DNA of 64,000 bases from Syntrophales bacterium (GCA_963665615.2 CAXXQE010000008.1:744001-808000); one strand, 5' to 3'. Positions 40,671 to 50,432 are shown, numbered from the stretch's first letter. Notes: generated by a model not told the origin, from the sequence alone. Program-made: numbers and translations.

Positions 40671-40677
40671 AAAAGAG

Positions 40678-40712
40678 AGCGCTTGTCGGTTATGCCGGCA
40701 GGCGCTTTTTTT
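40678..40712 (+). terminator. Intrinsic terminator
   Basis: agcgcttgtcgg ttatg ccggcaggcgct followed by T run. Confidence 0.72.
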
Positions 40713-40839
40713 ATCCCCTCCGCTATAACACTTCCTTTCTGGATGAAACACTATCAGCCACGACCATGTAAAAGTTGTTGACAAAAACCTACAACACTAA
40801 TAGAAAAATTTTTACAAATTAAATTCGGGAGGGTGCATC

Positions 40840-41721
40840 ATGAGCAAGATGGAAACGTGTTCAGTGAAGTCTGTATCGGGTTCTTCCAAGAACAGATGTC
40901 CGTCCTGTAATGCGACGACATCCGTTTTTCAGCGTTCCGGCGTGCGCGATACCCATCCGGTTGTCCGCAGGGCCTCCTATGGCTGGCTGCCCGATATCCC
41001 CGACCATCGGGATCATCTCTACGGTGCTGTACGTAAGATTCCGAAGACGTTCCCCCCTAAGGTCGATCTCCGGTCCGGATGTTCTCCGGTTGAGGACCAG
41101 GAGGAGTTGGGAAGCTGTACGGCCAACGCCCTGGCAGGCGCGCTTGAATTTCTCATGATACGGGACAAGTTGCCCTTCACCGACATGAGCCGATTGTTTA
41201 TCTACTATAATGAACGGGTCATTGAACATTCCATCCGTACGGATTCCGGGGCTATGTTGCGCGATGGGATCAAGACCCTCGCAAAACAAGGAGGGTGTAC
41301 GGAAAAGAGGTGGCCCTATGTCATTTCAAAATTTGCCTCCAAGCCGCCTCAGCGCTGTTACACTGAGGCGCTAACCTATCAGATTCTCTCTTATGCGCGT
41401 CTCAATACCCTTGATGAAATGAAGACTTGCCTGGCGGAGGGCTTTCCCTTTGTCTTCGGTTTTTCTGTGTACGACAGTTTTGAATCGCAACAGGTGACCA
41501 GAACAGGCGTTGTTCGCATGCCGAAAAAAACGGAAAATCTCTTGGGTGGGCATGCAGTGATGGCCGTGGGCTACGAAGATAAGTCGAAACGTTTTATCGT
41601 TCGAAATTCATGGGGAACAACCTGGGGAAAGAAGGGTTATTTCACGATACCCTATGATTATCTTTCGGATCGAAATCTCGCGGACGATTTCTGGACCATT
41701 CGCAGAGGGGAAAAGATGTAG
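40840..41721 (+). CDS. Papain-like (C1) cysteine peptidase
   Basis: QEELGSCTANA (Q, C), GGHAV (H), RNSWG (N). Confidence 0.9.
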   Translation: MSKMETCSVKSVSGSSKNRCPSCNATTSVFQRSGVRDTHPVVRRASYGWLPDIPDHRDHLYGAVRKIPKTFPPKVDLRSGCSPVEDQEELGSCTANALAGALEFLMIRDKLPFTDMSRLFIYYNERVIEHSIRTDSGAMLRDGIKTLAKQGGCTEKRWPYVISKFASKPPQRCYTEALTYQILSYARLNTLDEMKTCLAEGFPFVFGFSVYDSFESQQVTRTGVVRMPKKTENLLGGHAVMAVGYEDKSKRFIVRNSWGTTWGKKGYFTIPYDYLSDRNLADDFWTIRRGEKM

Positions 41722-42052
41722 GCGGCTGACGCCGCAGTAAACAGGGAACACGGCATAGTGGATAGTTGAAACAGGTCATGAGTGGCAAGTGACGAGATAA
41801 CACAGTGAATAGTTAACAGAAAAACAGTGACAAGGGTTAAAGACAGTAACAAGTCACGAGTGACAAAGGACGAGATAACACAGTGAATAGTGAACAGTAA
41901 ATAGTAAGCAGTGAATAGTGGCAAGTAACGAGATAACACAGTAAATAGTAAACAGAAAACAGTGACAAGGGTTAAAGACAGTAACAAGTCACGAGTGACA
42001 AAGGACGAGATTAAAACAGTTAACAGAAAAACAGTGACAAGCTTAGAGTGAC
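41722..42052. repeat. Long A-rich heptamer mosaic containing a ~95-bp direct repeat (41781-41876, 41917-42011)
   Basis: Begins gcggctgacgccgc right after stop; two near-identical copies of agtggcaagtRacgagataacacagtRaatag...gtcacgagtgacaaaggacgagat. Confidence 0.88.
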
Positions 42053-42105
42053 GCAACGGTCCCAAAAGAATCGCAACTGTCACCCCAAAGAGCAAGCGGC
42101 GACGG

Positions 42106-43221
42106 TTAGTCCCTGCTTTTGATCGTTGACAGTGACTCGCAACCGGTCGTTGTTATTGAAGGCATGATTCGGAAAAGGACCAAGCCGATGACCGTTCCCA
42201 GGGTGTTGCTCACGACATCGGACATTTGAGAGTATCGCATAGGAAGATAGATCTGTGTCAGTTCGATAAAGAGACTCAATGCTAAACCAATGAATGGAAC
42301 GCTGGTATGGAGAACTATTGGAGACAACCGGGTTCTTTGTCTTAGTAAAAGTGCCACCCAAAAACCCAGTGGAATGAAACCAATGATGTTTACAATGACA
42401 TCCGATGCAAAGGACCAATCCGCGCGGAATTCGGTGTCCAGGATAATGCGTTGAAGGGGGGTCATCACCTTCGGTATCGAAAGTGAGTTAAAAGGATTAA
42501 TGATATCGGCAATGCGGTCTCCCCTGCGCTCGTGAAACGAAAACAGATTCGTAATGCCGGGTTGCTGTTTCAAGGTTGAGAGATCGTTTGCCAGCCATGC
42601 CCGATAATTTATTGCCGCCTGTTTCTTGTCTATAGTACCTCTATAGATTGCCAGGCCGTAAAAGAATCCCTCCCAACCGTTCTGCCCGCTGGCGGAATTT
42701 CCTGAAACGAGATGAACCGGCCGATACACCTCGGACACAATCAGATGACGGGGAGAACTGCGGATCAGGTTTCCGTTGACGAAAAGAGACGTCCCACCGA
42801 TTCCGTCGGTAATAGTGATGAAAACCTTTTGATTTGCCAGGAGCGCATTTTGGAAGCCGAGTTCCTGATGATTTCTGCCACGCTTTCGGAGAGCGGGATT
42901 GTCCGTCCTGCTTCGAATGAGCAGGTGGCTGCGCCACTGACCGATTTGCAGTAGGTCAGGATATCTGCCATCGTACAAAGACAGAATAATGGGGACCCCA
43001 GCCTTATAGTTGCTCTGTGATGGTTTTAACCAGAGCTCCAATGACAGAGTGTGGTCCGCAGAGAGGCTATTATTTAGCGGATTCGCTGAAGCGGTTGAGA
43101 TCTGTGCCTGACCATAGAAGTGGACACCGTCTTGATTACCCAGCCAACGCACCTGGTTGGCTGGGAAGAAGTTAAAAGGCCAGAGCCCGGCAATAAGAAT
43201 CCCCGTTGTCACGAGGGCCAA
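42106..43221 (-). CDS. VanZ-family membrane protein with LamG/ConA-like periplasmic domain
   Basis: LWPFNF, LSLELWLKP, LFVNG; C-terminal DVIVNIIGFIPLG, IELTQIYLPMRYSQMSDVVSNTLG; start uncertain. Confidence 0.72.
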   Translation of the reverse strand: MALVTTGILIAGLWPFNFFPANQVRWLGNQDGVHFYGQAQISTASANPLNNSLSADHTLSLELWLKPSQSNYKAGVPIILSLYDGRYPDLLQIGQWRSHLLIRSRTDNPALRKRGRNHQELGFQNALLANQKVFITITDGIGGTSLFVNGNLIRSSPRHLIVSEVYRPVHLVSGNSASGQNGWEGFFYGLAIYRGTIDKKQAAINYRAWLANDLSTLKQQPGITNLFSFHERRGDRIADIINPFNSLSIPKVMTPLQRIILDTEFRADWSFASDVIVNIIGFIPLGFWVALLLRQRTRLSPIVLHTSVPFIGLALSLFIELTQIYLPMRYSQMSDVVSNTLGTVIGLVLFRIMPSITTTGCESLSTIKSRD

Positions 43222-43299
43222 CAGACTGCCGCACCAGTTCCAACAGAACGCAACAAGGCGCTGAAATAATAGTTGAACGACGATAATGATTGCAGCTCC

Positions 43300-43797
43300 C
43301 TACTTCATCGACAGCATGGCCAAGATGATGCCAAGGATAAGCCAGATAGGAATGGAGAGAATAAGCGCCCACATGATGCCCCGGCTGCTTTTGACCTCTC
43401 CCAGAAGGCTGCGCTCAAGCAAGGCACGGTCTATCTTGAGCTTGATCTCTTCGATGTTGAAAGGCTTTGTGATGTAGTCACGCGCTCCCATTTTAATGGC
43501 TGCGATGGCTGATTCCATGGAAGGGTATCCGGTTATGAGGATAAAAATGACATCGGGATCTATCTGTTTCAGCTCATTAAGCAGATCCATGCCGCCCATG
43601 TTGGGCATCATCATATCGGAGATAACAATATCGAAGGTACCTTTCTTGTAGATCTGAAGGGCTTCCTCGCCATCCTGCGCGCAGACCGTTTCGAAACCGA
43701 AGGATTCGAGAAAACCGGAAAGGATTTCTCTGACGGTCTCCTCATCGTCCACGATGAGCGCTCGGTTTATTGCCGCTTTTGGATTCCTTACAGCCAT
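43300..43797 (-). CDS. Response-regulator receiver with C-terminal membrane anchor
   Basis: LIVDDE, ISDMMMP, ITGY, DYITKPF; hydrophobic tail WALILSIPIWLILGIILAML. Confidence 0.85.
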   Translation of the reverse strand: MAVRNPKAAINRALIVDDEETVREILSGFLESFGFETVCAQDGEEALQIYKKGTFDIVISDMMMPNMGGMDLLNELKQIDPDVIFILITGYPSMESAIAAIKMGARDYITKPFNIEEIKLKIDRALLERSLLGEVKSSRGIMWALILSIPIWLILGIILAMLSMK

Positions 43798-43975
43798 GGT
43801 CTCCCTCCGGTACTAGATGAAGAACTTTTTGCTTGACAAATCCGCGATTTAATCTAAGTTCCTATCGGGCTACTCGTAACCTTTCTATTCTCCTTTCATA
43901 TCAAAAAAACGGTTTATAAAAAACTGAAAAGATTCTTTTTCAACAGATTTTTGCAGCCAACAGGAGCCAGGTCGA

Positions 43976-45277
43976 ATGATAGAAGACGAAAAGAAATCTA
44001 AAAAAGAGCTGCTGGAAGAATTGGATGCCCTGCGCAAGAAAAATGCCGAGCTGGAGGAGATTCGCGCAAGGCAGGTTGAAGATTTAAGAAAAGCCAATGA
44101 GGCGATGGGGTGCTACTTTCCGCACTTGGAGCAACACAATGACGGTGTCTTTGTTGTCTTCGACCGCCAATATGAGTTTGTCAACAAAACCTTCGAAGAT
44201 CTCTTCGGCTATTCTAACGATGAGGTCTGCCGCCCAGAGTTCAATATGCTGTCGCTTATTGCCCCAGAGAGCCGGGGTTTCGTAAAATCAAAGTTTTCAG
44301 AAGGGTACCGCGGAGAATTCAATATTCAACAGTTCGAGTATACCGGTCTGAAAAAGGATGGACGCAAGGTTGAGTGCCACACCTCCATCATCTTCATTCC
44401 CTATAAGTGGGGGACTGCCATTCACGGTATCATTAACGACGTCAGCGTCAGAAAGCGGATTAACGAGGAACTCCAAAAGACGAAGGACAATCTACAGGTT
44501 GCGCTGGATTCCATTCCCACCAGTATTTTTTATACGGATAAGAAGCAGCGTTTCGTACAGGTTAACGACGCTTTCTGTCGCTTGCTGGGGCTTTCCAGAG
44601 AGACTATCCTTGATCATACCATTGCTGAGCTTTATCCCAACCTGCCTGAGAAACAACTGGCGCAATACTGGCAGGACAATGAGCAGGTGATGGCCGAAGG
44701 AAACGCCAAACGTGGCGTGATCGAGATGTTTCCCTCCAATATCGGCAGAAAGTGGATTCAAACGGATAAAATGCCCTATCGCAATGAGACTCTCGAGATC
44801 GAGGGGGTTGTCTGTCTGGCAATCGACATTACAAATATCCGGGAGACGGAAGAAAAACTGTGGTATCTAAGCTTCCGCGATGTCTTTACGGGCTTATATA
44901 ATCGTGCCTTCTTCGAGGAGGAGGTCATGCGGCTCGAGGGCGGTCGTTCTTACCCTATTACCCTGATCGATGCAATGGTTACCAACTATGATGCAGTGAA
45001 TCGGCAGCACGGACTTGCCGCCGCCAATGAACTGCTGCAAACAACGGCAAAGGTTCTCAAGACCTTCCGGACGGAAGACATTGTTGCCCGCATTGACGAA
45101 CACCGCTTCGCCGTTCTGCTTCCGGCCTCTTCCGCTGCCACGGGGGAGACGATTCTGGCCCGCCTTAAGAGCGGACTCAAGGAGATTACCGCTGACTTGA
45201 AACCGAAAATAGCGTTTAAGATCAAGACGATGGAAAAAGAGATGCCTCTGATGGATTTTTTGGAAGACAGTGAATAG
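43976..45277 (+). CDS. PAS-PAS-GGDEF protein with degenerate active site
   Basis: Two PAS-like repeats; DVFTGLYNRAFF; FRTEDIVARIDEHRFAVLL in place of RxxD...GGDEF. Confidence 0.8.
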   Translation: MIEDEKKSKKELLEELDALRKKNAELEEIRARQVEDLRKANEAMGCYFPHLEQHNDGVFVVFDRQYEFVNKTFEDLFGYSNDEVCRPEFNMLSLIAPESRGFVKSKFSEGYRGEFNIQQFEYTGLKKDGRKVECHTSIIFIPYKWGTAIHGIINDVSVRKRINEELQKTKDNLQVALDSIPTSIFYTDKKQRFVQVNDAFCRLLGLSRETILDHTIAELYPNLPEKQLAQYWQDNEQVMAEGNAKRGVIEMFPSNIGRKWIQTDKMPYRNETLEIEGVVCLAIDITNIRETEEKLWYLSFRDVFTGLYNRAFFEEEVMRLEGGRSYPITLIDAMVTNYDAVNRQHGLAAANELLQTTAKVLKTFRTEDIVARIDEHRFAVLLPASSAATGETILARLKSGLKEITADLKPKIAFKIKTMEKEMPLMDFLEDSE

Positions 45278-45623
45278 TTAATAGAAGAATGAGTGACAAG
45301 TAACGGGTGACGAGTGACGGTCTCGTAAATAGTATTTAAGTGGGTCATTGCGAGCGAAGCGAAGCAATCTAACAGCATGGATTTACAAGATTGCTTCGTC
45401 ACTGCGTTCCTCGCAATGACAAGAAAAACGACTTGTTACGAGGCCATCACGAGTCACAGGCATAAAAGAAGGATATCGGGGGTCGATCTACTCTTGGCAG
45501 TTCACGCTATACCACGGAGGGGGTATACAGGAATCGGTCGCAGATGCTGTCATTGCATGGAAGTTGAGGCGGAAATCCGGCAACTGTTTTTGCTTGTCAC
45601 CTGTTACTCGTAACTCGTGACTA
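45268..45623. repeat. 7-bp-period tracts between convergent genes (45268-45315, 45449-45458, 45594-45623)
   Basis: cagtgaatagttaatag..gagtgacaagtaacgggtgacgag; ttgtcacctgttactcgtaactcgtgacta. Confidence 0.78.
45316..45448 (+). mobile_element. MITE/REP-like palindromic element, copy 2
   Basis: gacggtctcgtaaatagt ... gtcattgcgagcgaagcgaagcaatct ... agattgcttcgtcactgcgttcctcgcaatgac ... acttgttacgaggccatc. Confidence 0.75.
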
Positions 45624-45956
45624 TTTTTTTATAAGCGATCCCAGATAGAAGCCGGAAACGGCACCGACAGCATCGGCTAGCATATCGCCCAGTTCGCAAC
45701 TTCGGGTGGGCAAAAACGCTTGAACGATTTCCAAGGCGACGCCAAGCACAATCATGGCGCCCGTCGCATACAGGGCGGCTTTTCTCTGCCTGAAGCCGAC
45801 AGTTGGAAGCGCCGCGAGCCAAGCATAAGCGAGGGCATGGTAAACCTTGTCTGCAAAATTGAAATCCGCCGGGAAGTCAGGCGTCGGTGTGATCGATTCA
45901 AAGATGACATAGACAATCGAGATCGCCCAGAGGCAGAGAACTGATTTTTTCCACAT
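45621..45956 (-). CDS. VanZ-like small membrane protein
   Basis: DKVYHALAY, LEIVQAFLPTR, DMLADAVG. Confidence 0.8.
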   Translation of the reverse strand: MWKKSVLCLWAISIVYVIFESITPTPDFPADFNFADKVYHALAYAWLAALPTVGFRQRKAALYATGAMIVLGVALEIVQAFLPTRSCELGDMLADAVGAVSGFYLGSLIKK

Positions 45957-46043
45957 AGATTGCCGAATCCCGATTCCTCTTTTGAAATGATATTGTTTAA
46001 CTAACCTTCCACTTCAACCGATCTATAAAAGCAGGGGCACATC

Positions 46044-47075
46044 ATGAACGATCCGTCGATCTCGCGCAAGGAAAACCGTGGTCAGGCTGCCAGCACGATA
46101 GGGTGGTCAGTTTGGGTGCGATGCTGTGCGTTGCTGCTGTTTTGGTTTGCTGTGCTTTATTCACTTAATCCTATTGCACTTGCAGCTGATCAATGTCCCG
46201 TGACTGACTGGTCTCCCTTGATTGACCGCCTTGTTCAAGACGGGTATAACCGTCAGCAGATGGAGATGCTCTTTTCCAGGCAGGACGTGGCGTTCAATCC
46301 GGGCCCCATGAAGTACAAATTGCGCTGTCTGATCCGAAACAGATCCGAGCAGAATCCATCCGCCTTGCCCGCCATGAGGCCGTATCATACCCTCTATGAA
46401 AAAGGCTATCTGGCGCCGAGGGCGATTGCAAAGGCACTCGCCTACCGGGAAAAAAACAGGACAGTATTGGATGGGGTCAATGCCACTTATTGTGTGCCGG
46501 GCGAGATTGTCGTGGCCATCATGATGGTAGAAACCCGGCTGGGAGAGGCCGTTGGATCTAAAGCGGCCTTTAATACGCTGGCCAGCATGGCCCTGGCCGC
46601 CGATCTGAAGACGATATTGCCGCATCTGGCGCCGGATCTGGTGACCGACGACAACGTGGATTACGCCCGTCTGTGTTGCAAGGAGAAAGGGGATTGGGCC
46701 TACGGTGAACTCAAGGCCCTGCTGTCGTACGCCGGTCGCAATAGCGCGGACCCGGTGAGTATTCCGGGGTCTGTCTTCGGGGCGATCGGATTGTGCCAAT
46801 TCATGCCGTCGAGCGTGACGTTGTATGGGGTGGACGCGGACGGCGACGGGATCATCGACCTGTTTGCCGCACCGGATGCCATATACAGCATTGCCAATTA
46901 TCTGAAGAAGAATGGCTGGTCCTGCGGGATGACGCGTCGGCAACAGCATGATGTCATCTTGACGTACAATAAGAGCCACCTCTATGCCAATACCGTTCAG
47001 GCGATTGCGGACAGATTAAGGCTTTTAGCACAGAATAGGGAACACAGCGGTACGAACGATTCAGCCCTGCCTTGA
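46044..47075 (+). CDS. Lytic murein transglycosylase (MltB/SLT_2-like)
   Basis: IVVAIMMVETRLG, GSVFGAIGLCQFMPS, VDADGDGIIDL, SIANYLKKNGW, YNKSHLY. Confidence 0.88.
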   Translation: MNDPSISRKENRGQAASTIGWSVWVRCCALLLFWFAVLYSLNPIALAADQCPVTDWSPLIDRLVQDGYNRQQMEMLFSRQDVAFNPGPMKYKLRCLIRNRSEQNPSALPAMRPYHTLYEKGYLAPRAIAKALAYREKNRTVLDGVNATYCVPGEIVVAIMMVETRLGEAVGSKAAFNTLASMALAADLKTILPHLAPDLVTDDNVDYARLCCKEKGDWAYGELKALLSYAGRNSADPVSIPGSVFGAIGLCQFMPSSVTLYGVDADGDGIIDLFAAPDAIYSIANYLKKNGWSCGMTRRQQHDVILTYNKSHLYANTVQAIADRLRLLAQNREHSGTNDSALP

Positions 47076-47195
47076 ATGAATTCTTTAGCGCTCGCATTCC
47101 CAGCTGCTTGCGGCGGGGTAAGCGAGCGAGTCAGGTAAAAGTAGCTACCTTGGGAATCGGAGATCCGCCGGAGCTTGCTCCAGTGAGTCTTCAAT
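47072..47195 (-). mobile_element. TTGAA...TTCAA non-autonomous element, copy A
   Basis: Minus strand ATTGAAGACTCACTGGAGCAAGCTCCGG...CGCTCGCTTACCCCGCCGCAAGCAGCTGGGAATGCGAGCGCTAAAGAATTCATTCAA; three homologues at 57993-58394. Confidence 0.65.
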
Positions 47196-47223
47196 GAAAA
47201 ACCTTCAAGGAGGAAATGCCATC

Positions 47224-47610
47224 ATGACCGATCAGGCAGACGATACTGCATCCGTTGACCGGACCGAAGTCCTCAAACCCTGGGGGGCGTATAAAGTGCT
47301 CGATGCAGGCGGCGGCTATCAGGTCAAGTGGCTCGATGTCAAACCGGGGCAACGTTTAAGCCTCCAGAGCCATGCCCATCGATCAGAGCACTGGACGGTA
47401 GTGCTAGGAACGGCGACGGTAACGGTTGACGATCGAACGGTGGTGCTTGCCGCCGGGAAGGATATTTTTATCCCCATTCAAGCCCGACATCGGGTCGCCA
47501 ATGAATCGGATAGCATAGTCAGGATCATTGAGGTGCAGACCGGGAGCTATCTCGGCGAGGACGACATTGTGCGCTATCAGGATGACTACGGTCGCGTCGA
47601 GAAATCCTGA
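47224..47610 (+). CDS. Mannose-6-phosphate isomerase type II C-terminal cupin-domain protein
   Basis: KPWGAY, PGQRLSLQSHAHRSEHW, IEVQTGSYLGEDDIVRYQDDYGR; AGGAGG RBS. Confidence 0.9.
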   Translation: MTDQADDTASVDRTEVLKPWGAYKVLDAGGGYQVKWLDVKPGQRLSLQSHAHRSEHWTVVLGTATVTVDDRTVVLAAGKDIFIPIQARHRVANESDSIVRIIEVQTGSYLGEDDIVRYQDDYGRVEKS

Positions 47611-48449
47611 TTTTCCTCAGGCTGAGGCGCTTCCTTGGCTTCGGAGGCGCTGTCCGGCGCCGGTTTGGTTGTCGTCGGAGGCTCCGCCGGGGGAAGCGCG
47701 ATCTCCGGTTCCTTCATGATGCTTTCAAAATCCTCGATAACAATTCCCCGTCTGACCATGATCTGATAGATGCGTTCCGAACGTCCGTCCAGGTAACGGG
47801 AGGTTCGGTTCGGCACATAGCGGATCGGATTGGGCAGGGCCGATACGAGGCGGGCGGCCTCGTGCGCGTCAAGGGCCGCCGCGGGCTTCCCGTAATAACG
47901 TCGCGCAGCGGCCTCGATGCCGAAGATGCCGTCTCCCCACTCTGCCACATTCAAGTAAAGTTCCAGGATACGGCGCTTGGACAGGGTTTGTTCGATGCGC
48001 CAAGTCAGGATCGCCTCCTTCAATTTGCGGATCGGATTGCGGGAGGGGGTCAGGTAGAGATTCTTGGCCAGTTGCTGGCTGATCGTGCTTCCGCCATATT
48101 TGAAGCGTCCCTTCTTGATATTCCGCTCCATGGCCTTCTGCATGGCTTCGAAGTCAAAGCCGTCATGGGACCAGAATTTGTCGTCCTCCGCAATGATAAC
48201 CCCCTTGATAACGTAAGAAGAGATCGCTGAGAGCGGTTTCCAGTTTTGGCGCATATGCTGATTTTTGCCGGCGGCCTTCCACTCGTTTTCACGGTATTCC
48301 ATGAAAGAGGTTTTTACGGGATTGTGCTTTTTCAGATCGGAGACGTCCGGGAAGATTAGGTAGAATGCAATGCTCAGGACGATGAGTCCCGCACACCCCA
48401 GCACCAGGTGGAGAAGTCGCCATCGGATGTTTTTTCTTTTTTTTGCCAA
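47586..48449 (-). CDS. mtgA: Monofunctional biosynthetic peptidoglycan transglycosylase
   Basis: AEDDKFWSHDGFD, GGSTISQQLAKNL, RKLKE, KRRILELYLNVAEWG; start uncertain (TTG 48449 or ATG 48509). Confidence 0.9.
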   Translation of the reverse strand: MAKKRKNIRWRLLHLVLGCAGLIVLSIAFYLIFPDVSDLKKHNPVKTSFMEYRENEWKAAGKNQHMRQNWKPLSAISSYVIKGVIIAEDDKFWSHDGFDFEAMQKAMERNIKKGRFKYGGSTISQQLAKNLYLTPSRNPIRKLKEAILTWRIEQTLSKRRILELYLNVAEWGDGIFGIEAAARRYYGKPAAALDAHEAARLVSALPNPIRYVPNRTSRYLDGRSERIYQIMVRRGIVIEDFESIMKEPEIALPPAEPPTTTKPAPDSASEAKEAPQPEENQDFSTRP

Positions 48450-48643
48450 GTCGTTACTCTTTTTAGATAATCGGTCGGCGCCGAACGCGCTGCCATGGAC
48501 GGGGAGCATATATGATGGGCGCGTTTAATTCAATGGCGAATCGATTGTATGATGCCGATGACACTTTTTCCTTGCAACGGTTATTCGCGACGCGATAGCA
48601 TTCACTATCGTTAATCATCTCGCCATAACAGAAAGGAGCGCCG

Positions 48644-48940
48644 ATGGTATCCCTCATCGCAAAATTCGTCATTCAGGAAGGAAGCGTTCAACAGGCAATT
48701 GAAGCGGCTTGCCAGCTCATAAAGGATGTAGCCTGCGAGGACGGAACCCTGTCCTATACCCTCAACCGGAATCCGAAGGACCCCAATGTCCTCATTTTCA
48801 TGGAACGCTATTTGGACCAGGCTGCGCTTGAGGTGCACGGCAAGACGCCGTATATCAAGCACTTTATTGAGATCATCATGCCGATGTTGGCGCAGGCACC
48901 CGAGATTACCGTCATGGAAGAACTGTCCAGTATCAAGTAA
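48644..48940 (+). CDS. Antibiotic biosynthesis monooxygenase (ABM/YgiN-like)
   Basis: EDGTLSY, FMERYLDQAALEVHGKTPY; AAGGAG RBS. Confidence 0.8.
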   Translation: MVSLIAKFVIQEGSVQQAIEAACQLIKDVACEDGTLSYTLNRNPKDPNVLIFMERYLDQAALEVHGKTPYIKHFIEIIMPMLAQAPEITVMEELSSIK

Positions 48941-49018
48941 CGTGGTTGAAGGGGCCTCCGTTCGATCATCAATAACCGGGTGTCGAGAACCGAACCGCCT
49001 TTGGGCTCGGTGCCCAGC

Positions 49019-50002
49019 TTATTTAAATTCTGCTTTAAGTCCCAGATCTTGGATCATCTCGAGGTCAAGGGCAATGTTGCGTCCCAGGGTTGTCAGATAA
49101 TTGCCCGTCATCAGGGAGTTGCTTCCCGCGATGATGCCCAGCGGCAGGAGTTGACGCAGGTTCTTTTCCTTGCCGCCGCAGAGCTTGATGTCTCTGTCAG
49201 GAAGCAAAAAACGGAAGATGGCGACTGTCGCCAAGATCTCCATCGGCGTCAGGGGCGCATTGGCGGCCATCGGCGTTCCGGCGATCGGATTGAGAATGTT
49301 GAGTGGGACAGACTCCACATCGAGCTCCCGAAGGGTGATGGCCAGTTCGATGCGGTGGCCGATATTTTCACCGAGGCCGATCAGTCCACCGCAGCAGACG
49401 GCAAGGCCCGCCGCCTTCGCGATACGCACGGTCTCGACGTCCTCTTCGTAATCGTGCGTGGTACAAATGTTGGAGAAGAAACTCCGAGACGTTTCCAGAT
49501 TGTGATGATAGCGGACAAGCCCCGCTTCCTTTAATGCCTCGGCCTCGGTCTTATCGATAATGCCAAGAGAGGCGCAAGGTTTAATCCCGGCGCCATGGAT
49601 TCCATGGATTGCTTCGAAGAGGGTCATCCACTCCGTGTCGCCAGAGATCCTCTTGCCGCTGGTTACGATACCGAAAAAATGAGCGCCGCTTTCTGCCGCG
49701 TCTTTTGACGCCGCAATCATCTGCTCGGCCGTCAGCAGAGGATAGACAGAGGCATCCGTCTTGTAATGAGCGGACTGCGCGCAGAACCTGCAATTTTCGG
49801 CGCAACGTCCTGACTTGGCGTTGACGATACCGCATAGGCTGACGGCTTTCCCCTTGAAATGCTCCCGAATATCAGAGGCAGCAGCGAAGAGATGGAAAGG
49901 CGCCTTTCTGCCTTCTTCGTAAAGTCTGAGGGCATCATTCGCCATGATGGCTTCCTTTTGCAGTGCCTTTTCTTTTAATGTTTCAATCAGACCCATTTTC
50001 AT
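49019..50002 (-). CDS. bioB: Biotin synthase
   Basis: NAKSGRCAENCRFCAQS, CASLG, YHHNLET, GNYLTT. Confidence 0.95.
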   Translation of the reverse strand: MKMGLIETLKEKALQKEAIMANDALRLYEEGRKAPFHLFAAASDIREHFKGKAVSLCGIVNAKSGRCAENCRFCAQSAHYKTDASVYPLLTAEQMIAASKDAAESGAHFFGIVTSGKRISGDTEWMTLFEAIHGIHGAGIKPCASLGIIDKTEAEALKEAGLVRYHHNLETSRSFFSNICTTHDYEEDVETVRIAKAAGLAVCCGGLIGLGENIGHRIELAITLRELDVESVPLNILNPIAGTPMAANAPLTPMEILATVAIFRFLLPDRDIKLCGGKEKNLRQLLPLGIIAGSNSLMTGNYLTTLGRNIALDLEMIQDLGLKAEFK

Positions 50003-50090
50003 GAAATATCCTTCCTCGCTCTGCCCAATCATGACATATTCCGCACACGATAGTTATCATTGTCCGCGTCAACTGTAAAGGGGGCTTGCA

Positions 50091-50250
50091 ACAGTAATAC
50101 AGTGAACAGTCAACTGTTAATAGTAAACAGTTAACAGGCCCGGTAACGAGTTTGCAAAGCCCGTTACTCGTCACCCATGACGTTCTTTTAGCCGTGAACT
50201 GGTAACTAGAAACCGCTGTCACTCTTTACTGCTCACTGTTCTCTGTTTAC
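50091..50250. repeat. 7-bp-period tract pair in the bioB/thiE divergent region
   Basis: acagtgaacagtcaactgttaatagtaaacagttaacag; ctgtcactctttactgctcactgttctctgtttact. Confidence 0.78.
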
Positions 50251-50320
50251 TCCCTACTTGCCATCGCGGTGATCGTCGCCAAGCAGGGAATTGACAAAGT
50301 CGTGCGATTGTGGTTAAGTC

Positions 50321-50419
50321 GTTCTCACATAACGGGGAGGTCGTATTACCGATCTGAGAGTTCCGCGGAAGCGGATTACCCGATGAACCTGATCCGGATA
50401 ATGCCGGCGTAGGGAGAAT
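50321..50419 (+). promoter_or_regulatory. TPP riboswitch aptamer
   Basis: GGGG...CTGAGA...ACCC...GAACCTGATCCGGATAATGCCGGCGTAGGGA; upstream of thi operon; TTGACA at 50291. Confidence 0.93.
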
Positions 50420-50432
50420 GCATGGAATATTT

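Noticed and set aside
41736..42052. Possible CRISPR array
   Set aside because: No constant repeat with unique spacers; no cas genes in the window
41658..42095. ORFs on the T-rich repeat strand (also 30702-30926, 886-1158, 31839-32072, 34245-34457, 49983-50222)
   Set aside because: LFTVH/LVTR-type translations are artefacts of the stop-poor strand of the heptamer tracts
46161..46979. Long antisense ORFs (also 1448-2200, 35693-36313, 59435-60029, 63094-63777)
   Set aside because: Shadows of well-supported genes on the opposite strand, with no recognisable motifs
50040..50095. BirA operator upstream of bioB
   Set aside because: Only half-site-like gtcaac/tgtaaa; no convincing palindrome
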